Below, piece after piece: positions 21,394 to 30,268 of a DNA stretch of 64,000 bases (its first letter is position 1; each line of letters starts with the position of its first letter). The notes beneath the pieces were generated by a model. It searched no databases. It was not told where the DNA came from and worked only from the letters and a program-made list of their open reading frames with translations. The translations under genes and the position numbers were made by a program. Origin of the DNA: Candidatus Latescibacterota bacterium (GTDB lineage Bacteria; Latescibacterota; UBA2968; UBA8231); NCBI GenBank assembly GCA_965242865.1, contig CBDETK010000008.1, positions 56,915 to 120,914 on the forward strand. Reading direction: 5' to 3'.

Positions 21394-22617
21394 GTGGTAT
21401 CGTGGGAACTCAAGAGCGAAGTGGCGGATACTATGGTACAACCTGAGCTGACGGTGACGGAGCGGACTGCAAGGGCCGGTGTGGATGCCCTGAGGGTTCG
21501 GAGTTTATCTGTCGATGGGTATCGAGGATTCCATGCATTACGTATCGGCGACCTAGGTCGCGTAAACTTAATCACAGGCCGAAATAACACGGGCAAGACA
21601 TCCCTTCTTGAGGCGATTCGAATTCTTGTCCACCGAGCCTCACCCCGCGTGATTCATGAAGTCGTCAGCTATAGGGAAGGAATTGAACTCGATGACAAGC
21701 AAGCACCATACTCAACAGGTCAGCCGCCATTAGTTGCGAAACTATTCAATGGATACCCGTTCCGTATTTCCAATCAGACTCTCGATCAGGTCATTGTTTC
21801 TATCAAAACAGAGGGCACTCTTATTCCTTCGACTATAACGATGCAACTAGCCAATGTTGTACCCAGTGAATGCAATCAGAAATCAACCGTGATCGAAGGG
21901 CAGTATCGCGATGGTGACATCGTCTTGGTGGTGGGAATCGACCACGAGCGGAAGGAACACCTTCTAAATTGGCCGTCAAGCAGTTGTGGCCGAGATCAGG
22001 GCGAGAATTCGTTACAGTTTTCCTGTCAGGAAACGTTTGGTCCAGTCTGCCATTGTGTTGGTGTCGATGTGTACGGGGCGCAAGACTTTTCCCGTTTAGG
22101 CAAGCTATGGGACAGTATCGTGCTATCGAAGGACCAAGACCTTGTAATTCAATGCCTTAACATTATCGAACCGAAGATTACCGGAGTTTCAATGATCAGT
22201 GATGGCCACAACTCGGATCATCGGAGGCCGTTCGTTCGGATGTCTGACTCCGAGAGTCCAGTTACGCTCCGCTCAATGGGCATTGGAATTAGTCGATTAT
22301 TTGAAATCATTGTATCTCTAGTTAACGCCCGTAGCGGATTCTTGTTGATCGAAGAACTCGATAGAGGACTTCACTATGGTGTTCATTTCGAAGTCTGGAA
22401 AATGATCTTGAGGCTGGCTCGCGAGCTTGATGCTCAAGTTTTTGCGACTTCCCACAGCGGGGATGCGGTCAAGGCATTTTGTCGTGCCAACGCCGAGGAT
22501 ACCTTTCACCATGGTGCTCTGATAAAGCTCGAGCGGATCCGCGGAGAGATTGTATCCACAGTCTTCTTCGGAGACGAGTTGGACATCATCGCTCGTCACC
22601 AAATCGAGGTACGATAA
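21394..22617 (+). CDS. ABC-type AAA_21-like ATPase (defence-associated family)
   Basis: Walker A ITGRNNTGKTSLLEAI, Walker B LLIEELDRGLH, H-loop FATSHS. AT-rich relative to the flanks. Alternative ATG at 21433. Confidence 0.8.
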   Translation: MVSWELKSEVADTMVQPELTVTERTARAGVDALRVRSLSVDGYRGFHALRIGDLGRVNLITGRNNTGKTSLLEAIRILVHRASPRVIHEVVSYREGIELDDKQAPYSTGQPPLVAKLFNGYPFRISNQTLDQVIVSIKTEGTLIPSTITMQLANVVPSECNQKSTVIEGQYRDGDIVLVVGIDHERKEHLLNWPSSSCGRDQGENSLQFSCQETFGPVCHCVGVDVYGAQDFSRLGKLWDSIVLSKDQDLVIQCLNIIEPKITGVSMISDGHNSDHRRPFVRMSDSESPVTLRSMGIGISRLFEIIVSLVNARSGFLLIEELDRGLHYGVHFEVWKMILRLARELDAQVFATSHSGDAVKAFCRANAEDTFHHGALIKLERIRGEIVSTVFFGDELDIIARHQIEVR

Positions 22618-22963
22618 CGCGAAGCGGGCCTTACATGGTCGACACACAGTCGCTCGGTGTCGATGCTGGCCATGAAAAACCCGACATAGGCTTGCGAGAA
22701 GAACGGAAATGTGACGCGAAGAGCGGACTGCCGGGGCCGTCTGAATCCAAGCCCACGTTCAAACTGACGTAGAGACGCAGCTAGCGAATCCGGGCAATCG
22801 TTGGTCAGGAGTTGTTGGCGGAAGCGTCGGCGTGGATCCGCATGCGCGGTCATGCGATTCCAGTTGCACCTAGAAGAGGCGACCTTACGCGCACCGCTCA
22901 GACTTGCTGTGCATTTGCGCCTGATGCGACCCTCGTTGCGTCACCTATCCGTCCTCACATGGA

Positions 22964-25807
22964 TCAATGCACGCCGATTCGAGTGGGCTTGCCGCCATGG
23001 ACGGATGGTTCGGCGCACCATTGATTTCGCAGCAGGTCAAGCCCTTCCGCCAAGTCGGGGTCGAACTGCAGCAGACTCGCTCTCCCGAAGAACAGGGCGC
23101 TATCGAGTGCCTTGCGTGTCGCGTCACGGTACGCCTCGTTCGCGGGCTGGAACACCCTGTCCTTGAACTCCTCGAATATCGTGCGACAGCGATCCGTTTG
23201 GTCTCCGGTCAATGTGCGAGGGTCGAGCACGGGCAGTTCGGGGAGTTTGGTAATGGTGATCCGCGCCCGTCCCTGCTGCTGCCTTGTCCCTTGCCACCAG
23301 AAAAGGATCAGTCCCAATGTCGAATTGGACCAGAGCAGAAGGGGAATCTCGTATCGCTGTTCGTGCGGAATCACGTTCGGCCATGCAGTTCCGCCTAGGC
23401 ACTTCTCCGGTGTCAGGCACATGGCGAGGCTCTGGGAGTTCAGCCGGAAGTCCAGGTTTGAGTGCAGGCGAGAGGCCGCTTGATGCCAACGCTCGGCCGC
23501 TCGCGCCTCGTCCCCCGCCCGGGGCTCTCCGCAACGGTCGGGCTGCACTACGAAGCTTCGCTGGTGATCGGCAGAGTGCCTCCAGAGTATTGGGTACGTC
23601 GGTACCTCGCCGGACCGGGTGAGACGCACGACGAACGGGCCTTGCGGCGGACCGGTCTTGTGTCGGTCCGTGGGGCCGCCACTGATGTCCCTATGCACGA
23701 GACCCCGCTTCGCGACAGCGCCTAGCGTGACGATGGGCAGATCAATTCCCCGCGACTGCCGCGGTAGGCACAGGTTCCCCGAAGCGAGGTTGCGAGCGGC
23801 CTCGATGACGCTATTGGAGCGGATGCCTGCAGCCCCCGCGTCGCGAATGTCGCCGGTCACGACGCGTCGCCTCGCTGATCTCGCTTCCAAGGCGGCGGCG
23901 AGGAGCGTCGCGGGCCGTGCAGCGAGGTTGGAGAACATCGTGCGAGGGGAACCGCTCTTCCGCTTGGTGGCTACGACAAGGCACTCCGCCATGCCCGTGT
24001 CCGCCGAGAATGCGCTCGCCGTTGCTCCCGTCGCAGCGATTGATGTGACGTGAATCTCTCCGTAGGATCCGGCAAGCGTTTCGCGCGCCCCCTTCCACGC
24101 CTCGCCGCGGACGAACGCGAACGGGAGCACCGCGGCGAGCACGCCGCCGTCCCGCAGCTTGCGATGCGCCAAGTCCAAGAAATTCGAGGCGAGACCGGCA
24201 TGGCCGCTGCCAAACCCCCCGCCAGCTTGCTTGAGCTTGCGTTGCATCGCGGCTTGCTCGTCGTGCGAGGTATTGAAGCCCGCGAATGACGGCACCGGTA
24301 TGTCGGCATGGTGGGCTTCGTGGTTCGTGGGCCGCGTGAACGGGGGATTCATGATGACCAAGTCGCAGGATTCGTCCTTGATCGTGACGGAGTGCTCGCG
24401 TCGGCTGTCCGCTGCCCGGCCGCCGAGCGACTCGCCCGTGGCGAACAGTGAGAAGGAATGATCGGAATCGAGGAAATCCAAGGCACCGATGTGCGTCCGG
24501 CCACCGCTGATGCCGTAGGGCACCGTGTGAATCTGCGATTCGCCGTAGACGAGCGAGGGGTGGGTGCTGGAGAGCATCGAGCAGGTCAAGTGTGTCGCGG
24601 CGGGCATGATGTCCAGACCGACCAAGACGCGCTCCATCATGGCCTTGTGCAAGAGCTTGTCATCGCCGCCCGCCCGGCGGTATCGCCGGTAGATGGCCCG
24701 CTGGGTGGCGGAGAGCAAGGCCCCCGTGCCGCACGCGAAATCCGCGACGCGCAGGTTTTCGACAGCGGCTTGGTCTGTCCAGTCCACGCCTAGCCGGTTG
24801 ATCGCCAGTTCCGCGAGCAGGCACGCGGACGGCGGCAAAGTGTAGAAGGTGGCGAGGAACTTCCGATCCGCGATCAGAGTCTGGAACATCCGTCCCGTCA
24901 AGTCGTGGTAGCTGGTCGCTCCGAGCTTCGTCAGTTCGGGGATAGCCGCCGTGAATAGTTCCATGACCCACCACACGAGCTTGGTGGGCATTCGTTCCAC
25001 TACCTCGCAAGCGATGCCGAAGATCGGGTAGTAGTTCACATCGAGGATTCGTCTCCAAGCCCGCAGCAGGAAAGATTTGTTTACCACCGGTTCATGTATG
25101 GGAAGGGGCGGAATCCCCGGCTGGCCTTCGATCGCCGCGTGAAAGACGCAGGCCGAGACGCAGATCGCAGCGGCCATGCGTTCGGTCTGCTTGCCGGGTG
25201 CTTGATGCAACGTCTGCGCGATTTCTTCCAGAATGCGGTCGGTGGCTCGCTCGGCCAACCGATCCGACGATTGACTCACCACCCGTTCGAGAACCTCTGT
25301 CCCGAGCGCGAGCTGCCGTTCCGAGAGCGACAGGTACTCGATGGCGTCGGCGAGGTCGTCCACACCCCCCTCCAGCCATTCCCGACCGGTCGGCCACCGC
25401 CTGCCGATTCCGCCGGAATCCAAGTAATAGGTGGCATAGCGGAACGGCGCATCCTCGATGGCTTCGAGATCACCTGTCCTCAGGCTCTCGGGCAAGACGA
25501 CGGCCAAGACGCCTTCGATCCCGGATCCGCCCTGTTTCAAAATCGTTCCCAACCGAGCGGTCGCGTCTTTCTCGACGCTCGGGGCAGGGGCGAACTCCGT
25601 CTCCACGATCACCGCCTGCCGGTTTGGCGCGGCGACGAGAATGTCCGGCCTCATGCCCGCCCCGCTGCCCATGCCCGGCGTGGCTTGTTGAATCACTCGG
25701 GTGCGCTCGGCGTGAACGGTCTTGGCGTTCCAGTCGGGATTCCGCTTGCACAGCGCGCGAGCCAACTCGCCGTTCGCCTGCGTTTCCGTGTTCCACGGTT
25801 CATTCAT
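22964..25807 (-). CDS. Fusion of an N-terminal nuclease-like domain, a gamma-class N6-adenine DNA methyltransferase and a TRD (type IIG-like R-M candidate)
   Basis: FYTLPPSA, VADFACGTGALL (motif I) and DLVIMNPPFTRP (motif IV NPPF). N-terminus RPDILVAAPNRQAVIVETEF looks like a PD-(D/E)xK variant. A roughly 350-aa C-terminal region is consistent with a target-recognition domain. Confidence 0.85.
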   Translation of the reverse strand: MNEPWNTETQANGELARALCKRNPDWNAKTVHAERTRVIQQATPGMGSGAGMRPDILVAAPNRQAVIVETEFAPAPSVEKDATARLGTILKQGGSGIEGVLAVVLPESLRTGDLEAIEDAPFRYATYYLDSGGIGRRWPTGREWLEGGVDDLADAIEYLSLSERQLALGTEVLERVVSQSSDRLAERATDRILEEIAQTLHQAPGKQTERMAAAICVSACVFHAAIEGQPGIPPLPIHEPVVNKSFLLRAWRRILDVNYYPIFGIACEVVERMPTKLVWWVMELFTAAIPELTKLGATSYHDLTGRMFQTLIADRKFLATFYTLPPSACLLAELAINRLGVDWTDQAAVENLRVADFACGTGALLSATQRAIYRRYRRAGGDDKLLHKAMMERVLVGLDIMPAATHLTCSMLSSTHPSLVYGESQIHTVPYGISGGRTHIGALDFLDSDHSFSLFATGESLGGRAADSRREHSVTIKDESCDLVIMNPPFTRPTNHEAHHADIPVPSFAGFNTSHDEQAAMQRKLKQAGGGFGSGHAGLASNFLDLAHRKLRDGGVLAAVLPFAFVRGEAWKGARETLAGSYGEIHVTSIAATGATASAFSADTGMAECLVVATKRKSGSPRTMFSNLAARPATLLAAALEARSARRRVVTGDIRDAGAAGIRSNSVIEAARNLASGNLCLPRQSRGIDLPIVTLGAVAKRGLVHRDISGGPTDRHKTGPPQGPFVVRLTRSGEVPTYPILWRHSADHQRSFVVQPDRCGEPRAGDEARAAERWHQAASRLHSNLDFRLNSQSLAMCLTPEKCLGGTAWPNVIPHEQRYEIPLLLWSNSTLGLILFWWQGTRQQQGRARITITKLPELPVLDPRTLTGDQTDRCRTIFEEFKDRVFQPANEAYRDATRKALDSALFFGRASLLQFDPDLAEGLDLLRNQWCAEPSVHGGKPTRIGVH

Positions 25808-26283
25808 GTCGTGAATGCTCTCGTGCGCGTTGCCGCGCTGGCTGCCGCACGACTCCCTGCGCTGGCTGCCGAATGCATTTCCCAGAACTGCTTCAGTCCA
25901 GTTGCTGCCGGGTGGATGGCGATTCTTCTTGCTCGCAAGCCAGCTTGCTCAACTCGATGGACATTTGGCTGCGGGCAGTTCATTTCGGATGCCATCGTAG
26001 GGCGATTGACACTGCGGCCGCTCTGCCAGCTCGCTGCTGGAGATTGAGATTCTGAAATCCACCTGCAGTCCACATACCTAGGTTGCGCCAATTCGATGAT
26101 TGCGAACGTCCTATACGATTCCAGAGACTCCCGGCCGTCGCAAGGCACCCATTCCAGATCCATACTCGTCCCGTCGGTTCCCGTCGCTTCCCCCAACAAC
26201 TTCATTGTCTCACAAGCCGCCGGCCGTGCGCTAGCAGCCGTTGCGCCGACAGGGACAATTCGACGTGACGCGGTCCTACCCAC
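25804..26283 (-). CDS. Hypothetical small protein, ATGA-coupled to the methyltransferase fusion (start uncertain: 26283, 26205 or later)
   Basis: Stop TGA (25804-25806) overlaps ATG 25805-25807 of the downstream gene. No recognisable motif. Weak coding signal. Confidence 0.3.
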   Translation of the reverse strand: MGRTASRRIVPVGATAASARPAACETMKLLGEATGTDGTSMDLEWVPCDGRESLESYRTFAIIELAQPRYVDCRWISESQSPAASWQSGRSVNRPTMASEMNCPQPNVHRVEQAGLRARRIAIHPAATGLKQFWEMHSAASAGSRAAASAATRTRAFTT

Positions 26284-26328
26284 GACTGCTATGTTGAAGA
26301 CGCGCCAGGGTCTGGAGAGACCGGTCAG

Positions 26329-26877
26329 ATGACATTGTTCAGTGGATCAAATCGGCATCCCGAGAGACGGCCAGAGACCGAGGCCAGTCGGATTCTGGAG
26401 CGTTTCTGGAATCGGCGATGCATCCCCGTCGATCCATTCACGATCGCTCGACGGATGGGTCTTGAGGTCAAGCGCGGACCGCTCCCGCAAGACGTTTCCG
26501 GAGTCCTCCGCAAGATCCCCGGAGATGTAGCGGTTATCGTTCTTGAGGCTACGGACTCGTTGAACAGGAAGCGATTCACGTGTGTGCATGAGCTAGGCCA
26601 CTATATACTCCGAGCGGGCGATGCAGACTACATTAATGTCGAGGGTTACGTGGAACTTCGGGGCACAGCCTCAACGCCGGGCGAGATCTCGGATGAGGTC
26701 TTCGCCAATCAGTTCGCGGCATTCTTGCTGATGCCTCGCGAAGAGGTCGTGCGGCGCTTCAGGAGTGACAGGCAGGTGTATATGCTTGCTCCGCATTTTG
26801 GTGTTTCCGATGAGGCAATGCGCTATCACCTAGAGAACCTCAGGATGAAATCAGACAAAGTCCGGCGCGGGCAGTAG
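26329..26877 (+). CDS. ImmA/IrrE family metallo-endopeptidase
   Basis: FTCVHELGHYIL (HExxH) followed by FANQFAAFLLMP, typical of DUF955/ImmA. Confidence 0.85.
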   Translation: MTLFSGSNRHPERRPETEASRILERFWNRRCIPVDPFTIARRMGLEVKRGPLPQDVSGVLRKIPGDVAVIVLEATDSLNRKRFTCVHELGHYILRAGDADYINVEGYVELRGTASTPGEISDEVFANQFAAFLLMPREEVVRRFRSDRQVYMLAPHFGVSDEAMRYHLENLRMKSDKVRRGQ

Positions 26878-27112
26878 AGATCAGTTTGATTGAGCTTGGC
26901 TGATCGTACGGTACGTGTTTACCGAGAGGAATATTCGGTAGAACGGCATCATCGGCTGCTTGGAAACTCAACCTGACCACGGCGCGCTAGAGGTCCACCT
27001 CGCTTCTGCAAGAGGTGTGCTGGCGAAAGGACCTCGGCAGTCAAATCCGCGGATCTAGGTCCCGCCGAGATGGGATCCCCACCCCGCAGGTCCAGCGCGG
27101 ACCAAGCTTGGA

Positions 27113-28420
27113 TCAGGCGTGAGCGAGCCGCTCGAGGACCGAGCCGGAGCGGACGATAGTGTGCTCGCGTCCCGGCCCGGTCGAGACGCCCCCGATCTCC
27201 ACCTCGATGCGGTCTTCCAAGAACGTTAGGTAGTCCCGCGCGACCTGCGGGAGATCGTCGTATGCCTCGATGCCCGATGTCGAACTCCGCCAGCCAGGAA
27301 GTTCCTCGTAGACCGGTTCCACCGCTGCGTAATCCTCGGCGATCGCCGGCATCCAGTCCAGCGTCGCGCCCTTGTAGCGATATCCCGTGCAAACCGGGAT
27401 CCTGTCCAAGTAGTCCAGTACGTCCAGCTTGGTGAGGAACAGCGTTGAAAGGTGATTGATCGAGTGGGCGTACCGCAGCAGCGGGATGTCGAACCACCCG
27501 CAGCGCCTCGGGCGTCCGGTCACCGTGCCGTATTCCTTGCCGACTTCCCGCAGCTTGTCCGCTTCGGGTCCGAACAGTTCCGTCACGAACGGCCCTTCCC
27601 CCACGCGCGTCGCGTAAGCCTTCGCCACGCCCGCGATCTCGTGCAGCAGTCGCGGCGAGACCCCGGATCCCGTGCAGAGCCCTCCCGCTGTCGCATTCGA
27701 CGACGTGACGTATGGGTAGGTGCCGAAGTCAATGTCCAGCATCGTGGCTTGGGCACCCTCGAACAGCAGTCGCTTGCCCTGCTTCGTGGCGTCGTTGAGG
27801 TACTTGCCGGTGTCCGTCACGAACGGGCGCAAGCGGTCGGCGAAGTCTTGGTAGCGCTTCAGAGCGGCATCGACATCCCAAGGTTCTCCGATACCCGAGG
27901 CGTCCGCTAGCACACCCTTCTCCGTCGCGAGTGCGCGGAATCGGTCGGCGAATAGATCCATCGACAGCAGCTCGGCAACGCGAATCCCGCGTCTGCCGAC
28001 CTTGTCTTCGTAGCAAGGGCCGATCCCGCGCGAAGTGGTGCCAATCTTGCGCTTGCCCGGCGTGGCCTCCGTCGACCGTTCCATCACCGGGTGGTACGGC
28101 GAGACCACATGCGCTCTGTTGCTGATGATCAGGTTGCGCTCGACCTCGACTCCAAGGTCACGCAGAGTCTCGATTTCATTGAGGAGGGCCTCCGGATCGA
28201 TCACAACCCCGTTTCCGACAACCGCCACCTTGCCGGGGCGGAGGATGCCGCTAGGCACTAGGGAGAGCTTGTATACCTGATCGCCAACTTGAACGGTGTG
28301 GCCAGCGTTGTTGCCGCCTTGGCAGCGCACGACGATGTCGAAGTGCTCCGCGACCAGATCGATCAGCTTGCCCTTGCCCTCATCCCCCCACTGCAGACCC
28401 AAGACGGCAAGGTTAGGCAT
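27113..28420 (-). CDS. purA: Adenylosuccinate synthase
   Basis: GLQWGDEGKGK, GGNNAGHT and TTSRGIGPCYEDK signatures. Confidence 0.95.
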   Translation of the reverse strand: MPNLAVLGLQWGDEGKGKLIDLVAEHFDIVVRCQGGNNAGHTVQVGDQVYKLSLVPSGILRPGKVAVVGNGVVIDPEALLNEIETLRDLGVEVERNLIISNRAHVVSPYHPVMERSTEATPGKRKIGTTSRGIGPCYEDKVGRRGIRVAELLSMDLFADRFRALATEKGVLADASGIGEPWDVDAALKRYQDFADRLRPFVTDTGKYLNDATKQGKRLLFEGAQATMLDIDFGTYPYVTSSNATAGGLCTGSGVSPRLLHEIAGVAKAYATRVGEGPFVTELFGPEADKLREVGKEYGTVTGRPRRCGWFDIPLLRYAHSINHLSTLFLTKLDVLDYLDRIPVCTGYRYKGATLDWMPAIAEDYAAVEPVYEELPGWRSSTSGIEAYDDLPQVARDYLTFLEDRIEVEIGGVSTGPGREHTIVRSGSVLERLAHA

Positions 28421-28545
28421 AGCTGTTCCTGTGGAATCCCGCCAAGTGCGGGGAAAGGGGACACCGGGCTCGCCTGCGATAGGGGCGTTAGGCCGCGGCT
28501 CTCCTCTTATTCTAGCCCCTCCAGAGGGAAACGGATCGTCGACGC

Positions 28546-30141
28546 TTAGCCGTCCTGCAGGGAGGGCGGGCCTTCGCGCCAGGCGTTCCAGAGTCGTTCG
28601 AGTCCTGCTACGCGCTCCGGCTGGGACCCGGCGAGATCGTTCAGTTCCGTCCCGTCGGCCTCCAAGTCATAGAGTTCCCATGGTTCGTCCCGGACAGCGA
28701 CCAATTTCCACCGCCCCTGCCGAATCGCTCTGCCGCGGCTCCACTGCCAGTACAGTTCGCTCGGCGGCTCTCGCGAGCCGCCTTTGAGTACCGGCAGCAA
28801 ACTGCGGCCATCCATGGGATGCACGGGCGAGCCATTGAATTCTGTCGGTTGCGCGACGCCAGCCGCTTCCAAGAACGTTGGCATCAAGTCGATCACGTGC
28901 GCCAATTGGTCGGTGATGCCTCCGGTATCGCCAATCACGTCCGGCCAGCGTGCGATCAGCGGGACGTTGATGCCGCCTTCGTGGTCATGCTGCTTGTAGA
29001 GGCGGAAGGGCGTGTTGGACGCGTTCGCCCATCCGTATCCGTAGCTCTGGTAGGTGTCCTCGGGGCCCGGCATGACCTCCGGCACGTTGCCCGGCACGAC
29101 CGGCCTCCCGTCCCGCGTTTGCTCCGGCAGGTACGGACCCTCGCGATCCGTCGTGTATTCGACATGGCAGCCGCCGTTGTCGACTTGGAAGACCACCAGC
29201 GTGTTGTCCGCTTCACCCGAGGCCTCGAGGAGGTCGAGCAGCTTGCCGATCCCGCGATCCATGCTCGTGACCTGCGCGGAATAGACCTCCATCCGGCGTT
29301 GCTGCCACGCCTGGTGCGGCTCGTCCGACCAAGCGGGCACGCGCGGATTGCGCGGCGAGAGATCCCAAGCGGGGTTGACCATCCCGAGTTCCTTGGTCCG
29401 AGCGTGGCGCTCGAGGCGCAGGTCGTCCCAGCCCTTGGCGTAGCGGCCTTCGTAGTGCGCGACATCCTCCGGGAAGGCATGCAGCGGCCAGTGGGCCGCG
29501 GTATACGCGACATAGAGGAAGAACGGCCGATCTTGACTCAGTCCGTCTCGCATGAAGTCCAGGGCGTAGTCGGTGATCGCGTCGGTGTAGTAGAAGTCCG
29601 GATCCATGAAGAGATGCTCGGCCGGATCGTTGTCCAGCATCAGCGAAGCCGGCGTCCAGAAGCTCCCGGCACCCAGCATGGTTCCGAAGAACCGGTCAAA
29701 TCCGCGCTCGCAGGGAAGGCTCTCGCGCCGCTCGTCGTTCGCAAGATGCCACTTGCCGCTCATGTAGGTCGCGTAGCCCGCGTCGCCGAGGGCCTCGGCG
29801 GCCGTGACCACGGATGGCGAGATGGCGCTCTCGTCCGTCAGCGCCTTGGTCGTGTAGCAGCCGCTCAGCAGAGATGCCCGGGTGGGCACGCACATGTTGT
29901 TGGTGTAGTAGCGCGTGAACCGCAGGCCTTGCGCCGCCAAGCGGTCCAGATGCGGTGTCTCGATCTCGCCGCCGTAGCACCCGAGGTCGGAATAGCCCAT
30001 GTCGTCCGACATGATCATCACGATGTTGGGCCGCTTGGGCTCAGCTGGCGCGTCCGGACGCGAGCAACGAACCGCCGCCAATGGCGCAGCGAGCGCGCCG
30101 AGTTGCACGAACCGGCGCCGGTTGATGACGGAGAGATCCAT
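28546..30141 (-). CDS. Arylsulfatase (formylglycine-dependent), Tat signal
   Basis: Twin-arginine INRRRFVQLGA. Sulfatase signature CVPTRASLLSG. MSDDMGYSD metal site. Confidence 0.9.
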   Translation of the reverse strand: MDLSVINRRRFVQLGALAAPLAAVRCSRPDAPAEPKRPNIVMIMSDDMGYSDLGCYGGEIETPHLDRLAAQGLRFTRYYTNNMCVPTRASLLSGCYTTKALTDESAISPSVVTAAEALGDAGYATYMSGKWHLANDERRESLPCERGFDRFFGTMLGAGSFWTPASLMLDNDPAEHLFMDPDFYYTDAITDYALDFMRDGLSQDRPFFLYVAYTAAHWPLHAFPEDVAHYEGRYAKGWDDLRLERHARTKELGMVNPAWDLSPRNPRVPAWSDEPHQAWQQRRMEVYSAQVTSMDRGIGKLLDLLEASGEADNTLVVFQVDNGGCHVEYTTDREGPYLPEQTRDGRPVVPGNVPEVMPGPEDTYQSYGYGWANASNTPFRLYKQHDHEGGINVPLIARWPDVIGDTGGITDQLAHVIDLMPTFLEAAGVAQPTEFNGSPVHPMDGRSLLPVLKGGSREPPSELYWQWSRGRAIRQGRWKLVAVRDEPWELYDLEADGTELNDLAGSQPERVAGLERLWNAWREGPPSLQDG

Positions 30142-30268
30142 TACGGAAACATCGTACCCCTACACCCGCCGGACCACATGATCGCAAGCGACTGTCTCAC
30201 TGCCGCTCCGACTAACTCGGAGTATCATCCGAATTAGTCGGACCATTTCGGAATTCGATTCGATTCGG

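Noticed and set aside
28819-30237. 472-aa + strand ORF
   Set aside because: Antisense shadow of the arylsulfatase gene.
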